DNA of 64,000 nt from Mustelus asterias (taxonomy: Eukaryota): assembly GCF_964213995.1 (NCBI RefSeq), contig NW_027591117.1, positions 1-64,000 on the forward strand, given 5' to 3'. Positions within the stretch are counted from its first letter, which is position 1; each line of letters starts with the position of its first letter. The position numbers and the translations under genes are program-made. Below the pieces are notes generated by a model that was given only the letters and a program-made list of their open reading frames with translations, searched no databases and was not told the origin of the DNA. Positions 28,313 through 41,280 of the stretch are shown here, in pieces.

Positions 28313-28783
28313 ATGTTCCTGATTCTAGTTATTGCACTGATCCCAGGTCAGTGATTCTGGTCACAGATTGAAAAGTATATTGCAAACCTTGTGCAATTTC
28401 CCTTTCCCAACTCTGTGTGACTATCGTCTTCCTCTGACTCCGAACCCGCTGTGCGTCCGCTGTTTATTTTCAGAGATGAGCAATGGAGACTCAATGTCTC
28501 ACTCAGGATCAAGAGTTGAAGCAGCAGAGGGTGAAGATTCTGCAATAACCTGCAGTTACTCTGTGCCGAGTTCAGCTGTACAACATGACCTGTTCTGGTA
28601 TCGCCAGTATCCACACCAAAGTCCTCAGTATCTGCTCAGAGCCGATAGTTATGGGTTTACCGATGCGGCTCCCGGCTTTGGACACTTCAGCGGGAATCTC
28701 AACCAGACACAAAGCACTTTTCACTTGTCCATGAAAGATTTGAAGATGACAGACAGCGCCGTGTATTAGTGTGCACTGAGAGT
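28313..28783 (+). pseudogene. TCR V pseudogene, stop immediately before Cys104
   Basis: Leader 28313-28346 MFLILVIALIP. V exon 28474-28783 reads DSAVY*CALR with TAG at 28767-28769. RSS CACCGTG-23-ACAAAAACT at 28784-28822. Confidence 0.9.
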
Positions 28784-29199
28784 CACCGTGAATGAGGCTC
28801 CCATGGATCCCATACAAAAACTGCCCCAAGCCGACAATCGAGGCTTCGGGATCAGGAAAAACTCAACGAAAATGCACAGAAAATGAAGGCGACAATATAG
28901 CCCCAGCTGAACGATATTCCCCCACTGAGCTCAGCCATTGTCGGTGTTGTGAAATGTCACATTTGCCGTCGTAATATTCCCGGATCAAACCCAATCCTTC
29001 CCCGATCCCATCCGCAAAAACCTGTAGATTACTCCGGGTAACTAACTTCCTTAATCTGTACTCAGAAGAATTCTTGATTAGGTGCCTATCTGTCAGGCGA
29101 CACATTTTTAAAATGATCTAAAATCAAATGCAGCTTCAGAAATGTCCCGTTTTAATGTTCCTGGAACAGAAATAATAACTGATTGAAATCAGAGCTTTA

Positions 29200-29700
29200 C
29201 TTGAGGAATGATATTCCTGCTATGGAACGGTCACTGCGAAGGTTTACCAGGCTGATTCCTGGGATGGCAGGTCTGTCAAATGAGGAGAGAATAAATCCGT
29301 TAGGATTATATTGACTGGAGTTTCGAAGAGTGAAAGGGAATCTCATAGAAACTTTTCAAATTCTAACAGGATTAGACAGGGTACATTCGGAAGAATGTTC
29401 CCAATGGTGGGGGGGGGAGTCCAGAACTAGGGGTCGTCTTTTGAAGATAAGGGGTAAACTGAGGTGAAGGGAAATTCCTTCACACAGAGAGTGTTGAATG
29501 TATGGAATTCAGTTCCACCGAATGTAGTTGAGGCCAAAACATTGTCTGATTTCAAGAAGAAATTTGCAGTAGCTCTTGGGGCTAAAGGGGTGGAGGGATA
29601 TGGGAGAGGGGAAAGGGGAACCAGAATATTGAATTCGATGATCAGCCATGATTACGATGAATGGCGGAGAAGGCTCCTGCTTCTAGTTTCTATGTTATGA
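29200..29700 (+). mobile_element. CR1-type LINE 3' fragment
   Basis: FTQRVLNVWNSVP motif and typical 3' end. Confidence 0.78.
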
Positions 29701-29819
29701 GCCCGTGAAATATTTCCTGCTGCAGAGTTGGGTGGCTCCTTATCCCCGGTATACTTACAGCGCTAACTATTATTTATGGATATCACTCATTACTACCTGT
29801 AAATTAGGCTGCTGTTAAT

Positions 29820-30130
29820 CATAGAATCCCTACAGTGCAGAATGGGGCCAACGAGCCTGTACCGTCAACAATCCCACCCAGTCCCGACCCCGTAACCCCA
29901 CAACTTTACTCTGCTAAGGCACCGACACTAAGGGGTAATTTTAAATGGCCAATTCAGCACACCTGCACACCTGAGGACTGTGAGAGGAAACTGGAGCACC
30001 CGGAGGAACCTCACGCAGATACCGGCAGAAAGTGCAAACTCCACAGAGGCAGTGACCCGAGGCTGGAATCGAACCCCTGTCCCTGGGACTGTGAGGCAGC
30101 AATGCTAACCACTGTGCCACCGTTTCGCCC
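29820..30130 (-). mobile_element. HE1-like SINE
   Basis: SINE core on the minus strand; a partial duplicate lies at 31170-31340. Confidence 0.85.
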
Positions 30131-30537
30131 ACAAATGATTAAATTAATTTCACTTTTCACCTGAATTAGAAATAAGGATCTACCTTAGGAAAGGTTTATG
30201 GAGTGAGTTCGGAGGAAAGCGAGTTAACCAGTTAATGAGACAGAATAACTGATTATGTGGGAGAGAGAGCAGAGAGAGCGCAAATAAGTTAGAAATGCGT
30301 TTACAGTCAGGGAAGGAATGTGACTGGAAACAGCCAACTATATTAAATCATTAACTAACCGTGATTGGTTCACAGCTAACGTCAGCTCAGGGAGATGAGC
30401 CAATCGCAGCACTGAGAAACGCCTCCCAGTTTCCTAATAATAGAAGCTGCCTCTGATCTGAGTTGACTCTGTGATATAAGACTCGAGGCAGCAACTTATT
30501 GTAAACATTGTCGCTGCTTACTGTCCTATCAGGAACC

Positions 30538-30975
30538 ATGTGTTCCCTGTGTGCTTTACTGATAATAATGGTCACGCTGCCCGGTGAGTCTGAGCTCAAA
30601 TCCTCAGTGTGTGTTTCATGGGTTATATTCACTCACAGATTTCTCACACGTTCTATATGTTGTTACAGGAACCAGTGGCCAAGATTCAGTTTCCCAGGAT
30701 GCGCCTGAACTCACGGTTCAGGAAGGATTGAACGTAATAGTGAATTGTAATTACACAACAACAGATGCTTTGCCAAATCTCTTCTGGTACATCCAGTATC
30801 CCGGGGAAGCTCCGAGATATTTACTGAAGAGATATAGCAGGGGTGGCGGAGAAAAGTCTCCAGATTTCCCTGACCGGTTTTCTGCTCATTTGGACAAGGA
30901 CAAGAAAACAGTTCCTTTAACAATCACCGGGGTCCATGTCTCTGACTCTGCCGTGTATCACTGTGCGCTGAGCCC
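30538..30975 (+). CDS. TCR alpha/delta V gene segment, intact (YHC family)
   Basis: Leader 30538-30583. V exon 30669-30975. RSS CACACTG-23-ACAAAAACC at 30976-31014. Confidence 0.94.
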
Positions 30976-31589
30976 CACACTGCTACAGAGACACAGTCAG
31001 CCCGTACAAAAACCTACAAAGGCACTCTCACCTCCTCTCACTGAATCAGATCTGTGAGCTGGATTGTAAACTGTTAATATAAACAAGACAATAGCATAAT
31101 GAAGAGTTAGCCCGAATGCTCTCTTTCCATGGTGCTGAATGTGCCATTCTATATAAATTCCATTTTGACTCACAAACCTGCACAGTTTAGGACTGTGGAA
31201 GGAAACTGGAGCACCTGAGGAAACCCACGCAGACACGGGGAGAAAGTGCAAACTCCACAGAGACAGTGACCCGAGGCTGGAATAGAACCCGTGTCCCTGG
31301 GGCTGTGAGGCAGCAATGCTAACCACTGCGCCACCGTGTCACCCATAAATGATTAAATTAGTTTCACTTTTCACCTGAATTAGAAAAAAAGGATCTGCCT
31401 TCAGAAAGATTGATGGACTGAGTTCTGAGGAAAGCGAGTTCACCAGTTAATGAGACAGAATAACTGGTTATGTGGGAGAGAGCAGAGACAGAACAAGGAA
31501 CTTAGAAATACGTTTACGGCCAGGGAAGGAATGTGATTGGAAAGAGCCAGCTATATTAAATCATTAACTAACAGTGATTGCTTCACTGG

Positions 31590-31915
31590 TTACGGGGCGG
31601 CATGATGCCACAATGGTTAGCGCTGCTGTCTCACAGTGTCAGGGACCCGGGTTCAATTCCGGCTTCGGATCACTTTCTGTATGAAGTTTGCATGTTCTCC
31701 CCGTGTCTACGTGGGTCCCCTTCGGCTGCTGCTGATTCCTCCCACAGTCCAAAGATGTGCAGGTTGGGTTGATTGGCCATGCTAAATTGACCCGAGTCTC
31801 AGGGGATACGCAGGGTAAATACACGGAGTTGCGGGAGTGGGGCCTGGGTGGGATTGTGACCGGTACAGACTCGATGGGGCGAATGGCCTCCTTCTGCACT
31901 GTAGGGATTTTATGA
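31590..31915 (+). mobile_element. HE1-like SINE inserted in a V promoter
   Basis: Full SINE, absent from the paralogous promoter at ~30360-30390. Confidence 0.87.
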
Positions 31916-32084
31916 TTCGCAGCTGACGTCAGCTCAGGGAGATGAACCAATCGCAGCACTGAGAAACGCCTCCCAGTTTCCTAATAATAGAAGCTGCCTC
32001 TGATCTGAGTTGACTCTGTGATATAAGACTAGAGGCAGCAACTTATTGTAAACATTGTCGCTGCTTACTGTCCTATCAGGAACC

Positions 32085-32522
32085 ATGTGTTCCCTGTGTG
32101 CTTTACTGATAATAATGGTCACGCTGCCCGGTGAGTCTGAGCTCAAATCCTCAGTGTGTGTTTCATGGGTTATATTTGTTCACAGATTTCTCACACATTC
32201 TACATTTTGTTGCAGGAATCAATGGCCAAGATTCAGTTTCCCAGGACCCGGCTGAATTAACGGTTCAGGAAGGATTGAACGTAACAGTGAATTGTAATTA
32301 CACAACAAAAAATGCTTTTCCAAATCTCTTCTGGTACATCCAGTATCCCGGGGAAGCTCCGAGATATTTACTGCAGAAATATGGCACGGGTGGCGGAGAA
32401 AAGTCTCCAGATTTCCCTGACCGGTTTTCGGCTGAATTGGACAAAGACAAGAGAACAGTTCCTTTAACAATCACCGGTGTCCATGTCTCTGACTGTGCCG
32501 TGTATCACTGTGCGCTGAGCCC
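32085..32522 (+). CDS. TCR alpha/delta V gene segment, intact; tandem duplicate of the 30.5-kb V
   Basis: Leader 32085-32130. V exon 32216-32522 with an extra Cys (SDCAVYHC). RSS CACACTG-23-ACAAAAACC at 32523-32561. Confidence 0.94.
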
Positions 32523-33169
32523 CACACTGTTACAGAGACACAGTCAGCCCGTACAAAAACCGGCAAAGGCACTCTCACCTCCTCTCACTGAATCAGATCT
32601 GTGAGCTGGATTGTAAACTGTTAATATAAACAAGACAATAGCATAACGAAGAGTTAGCCCGAATGCTCTCTTTCCATGGTGCTGAATGTGCCATTCTATA
32701 TAAATTCCATTTTTATAGCTGTTTGGAGCAACTCTTCCAATGGAAAACTCTGCCGCTGTTGCCACAACGTTAACCAAGATCCATCTGCGTCCTATCTCAA
32801 AGATGAACTCCGGAAAATGACCAATATTCGTTTCCATGCCCTCACTTTGTCAAAGAGCGACATCACCATTCGGTCGTTCCGCTTCTTCGAGTCCAGTTCA
32901 TTGTCTGAGAACAGATTCTAATGGTTCCGGCTCCTCGCTCTGACGTCATGCATTGGAGAACAAAGACTCTCTGAGCTGATTGGATGAAATGTAGGACAGA
33001 GAAGCTGTGAGCTGATTGGGTGCCTCCTGCTGGCTCTTTGTCAGGAATGAACCAATCGCCAGTGAGGCCGGATATTACTCACCATCTTCTGAACTCTGAA
33101 CTAAAACAGTTTGAACTCACTGAGTTCAGATCCAGCACCAGCTCGGCGAGACTGCTGTCTGTTAGTTTT

Positions 33170-34707
33170 TACAGTAAGAAGTTTAACAACACCAGGTTAA
33201 AGTCCAACAGGTTTATTTGGTCGCAAAGGCCACACAAGCTTTCGGAGCTCCAAGCCCCTTCTTCAGGTGAGTGGGAATTCTGTTCACAAACAGGGCATAT
33301 AAAGACACAAACTCAATTTACATGAATAATGGTTGGAATGCGAATACTTACAGCCAATCAAGTCTTTAAGATACAAACAATGTGAGTGGAGAGAGCATCA
33401 AGACAGGCTAAAGAGATGTGTATTGTCTCCAGACAGGACAGCCACCATGGACTGCTGTCCGGAATCGGTTGCATTCTTGGACACATGCATCTCAATTAAG
33501 GACAGTCACCTCGGCACTTCACTGTACCGCAAGCCCACGGATAACCTCACGATGCTCCACTTCTCCAGCTTCCACCCTAAACATGTTAAAGAAGCCATCC
33601 CCTACGGACAAGCCCTCCGAATACACAGGATCTGCTCGGATGAGGAGGATCGCAATAGACACCTACAGATGCTGAAAGACACCCTCCATAGGAACAAGAT
33701 ATAGCGCTCGACTCATCGATCGACAGTTCCGGCGCGCCACAGCGAAAAACCGCACCGGCCTCCTCAGAAAACAAACACGGGACACGGCGGACAGAGTACC
33801 CTTCGTCACCAAGTACTTCCCCGGAGCAGAGAAGCTACGACGTCTTCTCCGGAGCCTTCAACATGTCGTCAATGAAGACGAACATCTCACCAAGGCCATC
33901 CCCACACCCCACCTCTTGCCTTCAAACAACCGCACAACTTCAAACAGACCATTGTCCGCAGCAAACTACCCAGCCTTCAGGAGAACAGTGACCACGACAC
34001 CACACAACCCTGCCATAGCAACCTCTGCAAGATGTGCCGGATCATCGACACGGATGCCATCATCTCACGTGAGAACAGCATCCACCAGGTACACGGTACA
34101 TATTCTTGTGACTCGACCAACATTATCTACCTGATACGCTGCAGGAAAGGATGTCCCGAGGCATGGTACATTGGGGAAACCATGCAGACGCTACGACAAC
34201 AGATGAATGAACACCGCTCAACAATCAGCAGACAGGAGTGTTCTCTTCCTGTTGGGAACACTTCAGCAGTCACGGGCATTCAGCCTCTGATCTTTGGGTA
34301 AGCGTTCTCCATGGCGTCCTTCACGACATACGACAACGCAGAATCGCTGAGCAAAACTGATAGCCAAGCTCCGCACACATGAGGAAGGCCTCAACCGGGA
34401 TCTTGGGTTCATGTCACACTATCTGTAACCCCTACGACTTGCCTGGGCTTGAAAAATCTCACTAACTGTCTTGGCTGGAGACAATACACATCTCTTTAAC
34501 CTGTGTTTAACCCCCTCTCCACTCACGTTATCTGTACATTTAAGACTTGATTACCTGTAAAGGCTCGCAATCCAACCATTATCGTTTTAATTGAGTTTGT
34601 GTCTGTATATGCCCTGTTTGTGAACACAGCTCCTCACTCACCTGGAGAAGGAGCGACACTCCGAAAGCTTGTGCTACCAAATAAACCCTGTTGGACTTTA
34701 AACTGGC
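33170..34707 (+). mobile_element. Penelope-like retroelement, 5'-truncated, with inverted terminal repeats
   Basis: RT C-terminus FLDT...LYRKPTD...HFSSFHPKHVKEAIPYGQALRIHRICS, Cys-rich linker CHSNLCKMC, GIY-YIG NIIYLIRC...YIGET. Terminal repeat inverted at 33170-33445 and direct at ~34430-34707. Frameshifted. Confidence 0.92.
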
Positions 34708-35154
34708 GTTCAGATCCAGCATCAGCTCTGTGAACATATTAAATGTTACCTTTGCAGAAATCGTCACAGCTGCAGAGCACTTAACTGGCAAGTTCCGAAA
34801 TTGAATAAGTTTCACTTTGCTTGCGATACGGATTTGGAAATCACCCGTTTATCTGTTTTTCCACTGCTTGCAAACAATTCCGTTAACTTGATAACATTGA
34901 CAATTTTTAATAGATGCAGAAAATTGAGTCCCCACTCCCTCTGGTCTGGTCTGAAAACATCGCCATATTTAGGGATGTGGATCAAGAATGTGGGGGCTTT
35001 TTCCTGATCCTGACAGTGCAGCTGTAATCAATATGAATTAGCTGTGGTCGAATTGCTGAAATCATTCATTACCGAATCTCCTTCAAACGTTGTCATAAAA
35101 CGGTTCCTGTGAGATGGCATATGCATCAATAACACCTACAATTAATTAGAAATA

Positions 35155-35650
35155 TGGTTTCAAGGCTTCATTCTATGATCATCTTGCTGGTGCCAGTACA
35201 GAGCGAGACTGCGGATAGTTGGGAACCTGTCTCGGGGGCAGGGAATTCAGATGGTGTTCGTAAAGCAGAAGTGGAAATGAATAGGGTTGGGAAGCATTTT
35301 CTGATCAGGGCCAGTGTGATCTCCTGGACTCGTTTCGATCGCCACAGGGGGTCGGAGAGGAATTTCCCAGATTTTCTTTTCCCCATATTGGCCCTGGGGT
35401 TTTCACTCTGGGTTTTCGCCTCTCCCTGGAGATCACATGGTCTGGAATGGGGGGGTAGGGGTGAGTTAATAGGTTGTGATGAACAAAGCATCGTAGCTGT
35501 GAGGGACAGCTCGGTGGATAGGATATTAGGATGTAGATAGGCTGGAAAATTGGGCGGGGATCCTGGATTCAGGATTCAATCCTGGACCGGGGAGCGGCGC
35601 GGGCTTGGAGGGCCGAAGGGCCTGTTCCTGTGCTGTATTGTTCTTTGTTA
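35155..35650 (+). mobile_element. CR1-associated 3' tail, near-identical to 13145-13640
   Basis: Direct comparison by eye shows only a few substitutions. Confidence 0.88.
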
Positions 35651-35917
35651 GTGCCGAGTTCCCAGTGACCCCCAATTAAAGAGCAGCCAATTCTTCCCTC
35701 GTCCAGCGAATCTAAGAATCAGCAGGAATCTGCCTTCGATGTGAACGGTTTTAAATGGTGTTTATGTGGATTTGTTCTCGGGGTTTGAGTTCACGGGAAT
35801 ATATTCAGGTGCCAATGTCAGACCCGCTGTTATAAACGGCACCCAGCAGACAGCAGCTGTGGCCCAGAAACCTGCGGCAGTTTCTGTACGAGGATTCCAC
35901 TCATTTTCATCACTGTG

Positions 35918-36934
35918 AGACTCTGTGCACAGTAATAGACCGCGGTGTCAGACAGCAGCAACTCCGAGATGGTCAATCGGTACAACTTTTCTGACTTCTG
36001 GATTGTATCGGAAAAACGGGTCTGAGCGAAATCCGCCTTCAATTCAGCACCGCCGCCCGTGTGCCTCCGGACCGCAAACACGGGCTGTCTGCCTGGGTAT
36101 TGACGGTACCAGAATAAATAATATGCATCGTCGGTATAGGTGCAGCTTAAAGTGACATCTTCCCCCTCTGTCCGTGTGAGTGAGGATTCCCCCTGAGTAA
36201 CAGAATCCCCATCGCTCAGATCTGGAACACACGGTTAAAGAAAAAACATTCAGCAGAACTGAGGGTGAACATTCGCAGACGATGCAGCATAAAAATAGGC
36301 TTTAAATAATCTCACATTCGCATCAACTAATCTAGTTCCCGTTCAGTATCCCCAGGAGAATCCGCCGTCCCACCTCATCTCAAATGCCTCTGCCCCTTTC
36401 CCCCTCAGCGGCTAATCTAGGTCTCCCCCAACTGTGTCTTTACTCCTCTGTTCAAGTGTCTCATTGTTTTAATGTGAGTCACTTTCTACAGAGCACCCTC
36501 GAAAGTAGATTTGCTGTAATTTCCAGTTAATCTTTTCATTTCACTCAGATTGATGGGACATCCATTTGGAATCCTCCCCGAGTGGAATCTTCCTTTCCCC
36601 GTCCACCTGACTGAACCTTATTGTGAATACATCAATCAAGTTACTCTTTAGTCTCCAGCCAGAAGAGAAATGAACCATAATGTTTAGATTGCATTCTGAT
36701 CGATGTCATATCCCAATTCTGGTATCAGGCTTGCTGTGCTATTTGCCAACCGATAGTCCTGTAAGGAAAAGCCAAGAGCAAAGACTCAAGTGCTCTATGG
36801 CAGGCCCGATGTCTGATTAACTGGAGCGCCCTGCTTTTCAAATTTATTGCTCTAGAAGTTACACTCATTTTTAAAGTGTTAAACGTACCGACAATGAATG
36901 TCACCCAGATCACAGTGAGGACGGAGCGCCGCAT
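35918..36934 (-). CDS. TCR alpha/delta V gene segment, intact
   Basis: Leader 36934-36889 MRRSVLTVIWVTFIV. V exon 36221-35918 DSVTQ...LSCTY...FWYRQYPG...YYCAQS, open by manual translation. RSS CACAGTG-23-ACAGAAACT at 35917-35879. Confidence 0.92.
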
Positions 36935-37589
36935 TGCCGCTGTTCCAAGACTCTAGGGACGTCTTGTGTCTCCAAAAGCTTCGAATATCGAACAAGATAA
37001 AACTGAGACCATTGGCTGAGGCTGGTCTGACCTCACTTCCTAACGTATGTTCGGTAGATCTGAAATCACCGGATCTCACTGGTCTGACGTCATTGGCTTA
37101 AACTCAATTGTTGATGACAGAGAACTGAGACATTGGCGATACACTCTGCTGTTCAGAGCTAGACGAGTAAACACAGCTAGGTTGAGCCTAATTGAGCTCA
37201 GAGACATTTTTCCCTTCAATTGATCTGAAAGAATTCGCCTTGAAGAAGGAAATGCAAGTGTTGAATGTGGATGAAGATGTTCCGAGTATTTGAGTCACTG
37301 TCAATGATCAGACTGAGTTTGAGACGGGGGTCAATTGGGAAGATGATATAAGATTTTTTTTCTGTGATAGCGACATATCAAACAGAGCGGGAAAATACAA
37401 TGACAGTGAATAGGTTAAAATTCCAAATTTAGCGTGTGTTAAAAAGGTTGGTTTATCAAATACACGTTAAAGGGCTGCACCCTATTGCTCAGTTTGACGT
37501 GAGCCTGACATCGAACTTCTCTGTTCGGGGCTGCTGGGATCATTCTTGTGGATACATTCTCCAGACGCTCTCCTTTGCTGAGGGCTGAA

Positions 37590-37760
37590 AAAATGTTTCC
37601 AAACGTACAAGGCAAGATCTCTGCTGATTTCCACAAAGGAAACAAAACGGTCCCTTGAAATATCATGGGAGATGTTTTCTCTCACACCGCATTTCTGTGC
37701 CACACAGCCAGCAGAGAAGTAGCAGATTCGGGACAAAAATCCCACACTGGGGGTTCCAGA
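37590..37760 (+). pseudogene. V FR3/RSS relic of the AMEP family
   Basis: cacaaaggaaacaaaacggtcc and atttctgtgcc match the 25.8-kb and 41.5-kb V genes; nonamer remnant acaaaaatc. Confidence 0.7.
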
Positions 37761-38575
37761 CACCGCTCTCATTGCTAAACAAAATCAAAAACTCCGCCTC
37801 CAAAGTCTGAGTCACCGGCAGTCTCAAAACAAAAACAACGTCAGGAATTGTATTAACTCCAGCGTACAGTTATACTGAGAGCGACCTTCATAAATCTATT
37901 TCATTACTCCAATGTACTTTTTTCCTTTCGATGTGTTTTCCATGACTCTAACATTGAACAACCCTCTCTCCATATCCCCTCCCAGTTTCCTGGAACCTTT
38001 GACTGCGGCATGTTCACACAGTTTATTTAAACCCAGTGCCCACTGAGCTTCAGAATGTTTTCTGGAGGCTGGTGTGGTTCCTGTCAGCACTAACGATCCA
38101 AATGTTTCTGATGATTATCTACAGACCAGGATTACATTCCTCGACCACCTCTTCCTCCTCCCCCTGGCTCTGAAAGTGCGGCCATACCCCTATGACGGCA
38201 CTGACTGTAGCTGGGCTCAGACGATTTTCTTTCCAAGTCAGCACGAAATTACCACCAACTGGTCTCCCAGAACCAGAGACACACACGGAAGTGGGGCGAG
38301 AGCATCCCCAGGGTAGAGAACAAATTACAAAAGGCAGGGATTAGAACAGGTATCTTCCAATATGACTGTGCTGATTTGTTTGTCGAATTGAAATCGGCAG
38401 TTTGTTTGTGCAGTTGCTCCTGGGAACAGTTTCACGAAAGGTTGGTTTGGTTTCCTTTCGCTGCACATTATGGCGATATCTACCGCGATTTTACACAAAC
38501 TACAACAGACAGGAGCTGCATTCTACAGTGATGGGCAGTTTTTGTACAGAGCTGAGCTTGCTTTATATCAATCTG

Positions 38576-39037
38576 AACCTGAAAGCGGAGTAATACACGG
38601 CGGCGTCATCCAGCTTCAGACCCGAAATGGATAAACTGGTGAATTTATTCTCTGTCTGAAGCTCAGCAGAGAAACATCTTTTGGCAAAATCGGCTTTATC
38701 TCCACCGCCGCCCGAGTTTTTCCGCAATATAAACTCAGGCTGTGAGTCTGGGTGCTGCCGGTACCAGTACAGATAGTAGTAGCTCATTTCATGATCATAT
38801 TTACAATTTAAAGTCACCGCATCTCCTTCTGTCATAACATCTGAGGACGGCGACTAAGTGACAGAATCTCCATGAATCAGATCTGGAAAACAAATATAAA
38901 AAGGTCCAACCGACCACTGTTGGAAATTCAGATTTACACCACGTTTCAAAAATGGAAACAAAAAGTTGAAATGTGCTTGGTGCACATTTACCTGTCAGAA
39001 ATATTGCCCACACAACCCAGATACTGAGCAGCCGCAT
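38576..39037 (-). pseudogene. TCR V pseudogene
   Basis: Leader 39037-38992 MRLLSIWVVWAIFLT. V exon 38882-38576 has TAG at 38856-38854 and Cys104->Ser (TCC). Heptamer broken (CAGATTG), 23 spacer, nonamer ACAAAAACT. Confidence 0.9.
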
Positions 39038-39497
39038 TGTCTCTGTCCGCGCTGTAAAAGGCGAGTCAGGGATTTTGAGACACCCGTTCTAAACCCCGCC
39101 CTCAGTAATCTGCTGTGAGTCTCAGGGTGTTCTCACTTCACTTCCTGGTGTTCCCAGTGACGTTGTGAATAGGCAGGCTCGCTGGTTGCCAGGAGCTGGT
39201 TCCCAGTGATTGGAAACACTCAGAGCCGGGTAACAGCCAGAGCTTTATGGGGGGGAATATTTCCATTTTACACAGCAGATGGTGACAGTTAAACCCGATT
39301 CCGATTATTGTGACTCAGGCTTGCTCCAGGATTTGGTTCATTCAGGATCAATCCGTTTATTTAATTCTTGCCATCAGGGGCGTGGCTCAGCCGTGACTGC
39401 GAGACTTATCTCATGAAACACTGAGGCAGTTATTGAACAATTATTGTATTGTATGTCGGAGTGGCTGACTGACTCGCCAGGCTGTCTTGTGGTACAT

Positions 39498-39835
39498 TCA
39501 GTAAGAAGTTTAACAACACCAGGTTAAAGTCCAACAGGTTTATTTGGTAGCAAAAGCCACACAAGCTTTCGAGGCTCTGAGCCCCTTCTTCAGGTGAGTG
39601 GGAATTCTGTTCACAAACAGAACTTATAAAGACACAGACTCAATTTACATGAATAATGGTTGGAATGCGAATACTTACAACGAATCCAGTCTTTAAGAAA
39701 CAAAACAATGGGAGTGGAGAGAGCATCAAGACAGGCTAAAAAGATGTGTATTGTCTCCAGACAAGACAGCCAGTGAAACTCTGCAGGTCCACGCAACTGT
39801 GGGAGTTACAAATAGTGTGACATAAATTCTGATTC
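39498..39835 (-). mobile_element. Penelope-like terminal repeat, solo
   Basis: Highly similar to 33170-33445. Confidence 0.85.
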
Positions 39836-41280
39836 TGTGGTACATTGGCAGCGTCCCTGTCTTTCGAAGAGAAACTCCCAATTCAAGAGCAAAGTGAGGA
39901 CCCGTTGGTGAAGGAACCAGCGGTTATGCTGCCGTTCCACGGTCTGATAATCAGTTATGGAATCCTTCGCACCATAGTTCAAAGGAAAGAACGTGTATTT
40001 GTGGCGAGGTGCTTCAAAAGTATTCCTGTCGCATTAGAGCAACGATACCAGCTGTCACTGTACATTCAGCTGAACAATCTTGAAGTATGAACACTTCCAC
40101 TAATGTCCGCAGGATTCATCTCAATGACACCTCTGTTTAAAATTAGCATCTACAGTGGGGTTAGTTATCGTTTTTACAATGAGCCATGATCTTCAGAGAT
40201 TGGATTTTTTTCGAAGAGAGAATAATGTCAGCGCTTCCAGTAACTCGACACTCAGGTATTCAAAGCACGGGAGCAAAGTTCAGACAGCAGGTTGACGGTC
40301 CCCAGGGGATATGCAAAGCTAGTTCTCATTAACTACAATTAAATACCAGCCGGCTAGGAAACCCTTTCATTGTCACTTCCACCCATAAAAGAAATGAACA
40401 GAGCGCTGAGATGGTTACAGTGCAATAATTCAGAAAGCTGCTCTCAAAGTGGGCCGACGTTCTTCTGATGATTATTGACCTCTTTACCTTCTCCAAAATA
40501 TTGAGGCAAATTGGGTTCAAGCATTCACCTTGGGATCCCAATGCAATTGAACGCAGTTGAACGTATACATGAGAGATAATCCCACCGTTACTTTAATTGC
40601 TGGCGTTTCGCTTTATTCAATTCATACTGGTTATAAAAGATCATTCTAAACAATATGAAGCCATCAAGATTCCGATAAGATGCCTTCTTTAAAATAATAA
40701 CACAAGATGTAAATATGACTCTGGATTCACATTCACACTCTATATTCTTTAGTATTTACATTTAAATCTTTCCATCATAATGTTACCCCTTAAGTGCTGG
40801 TTATTAACTTTGTCTACATTTGGTGCTCGAATAGAATGAGTAATTTAGTGGGCTCATTGAAATGGGAGAGTGGGAGAAATCGGATTGTCTGAACTCTGAA
40901 CTCTAGGGAGAAGCGCAGAAAGATAAGAATGTAGAGCCAGTGCGAAGACAGAGACGGTCAGAAGCAGAGCAATGGGGGCGAGACAAACAGAGGCGGAATG
41001 ACAGAGCGAGATAGACAGGCCACAGACGGAGAGAGAGCCGGAGAATCTGAGAAAGACAGGGAGAAAGAGAAACTCAGAACTTATTAGTCGAGCGAACGCT
41101 GATTGATGCCCGACGATCATCAATCCTGAGAAAGCGGCCAATCCTGTCGCTGGGAAACGCCCCATAATTTCTGAGTAAATTACGTTTCCGCTGATATGAA
41201 TTTCCGCTTGAATATTAGAACAGAAATGTCAACACATTTCAAGTACTGCTTCATTTCTGCCGAACCCGAAACCAGACACC

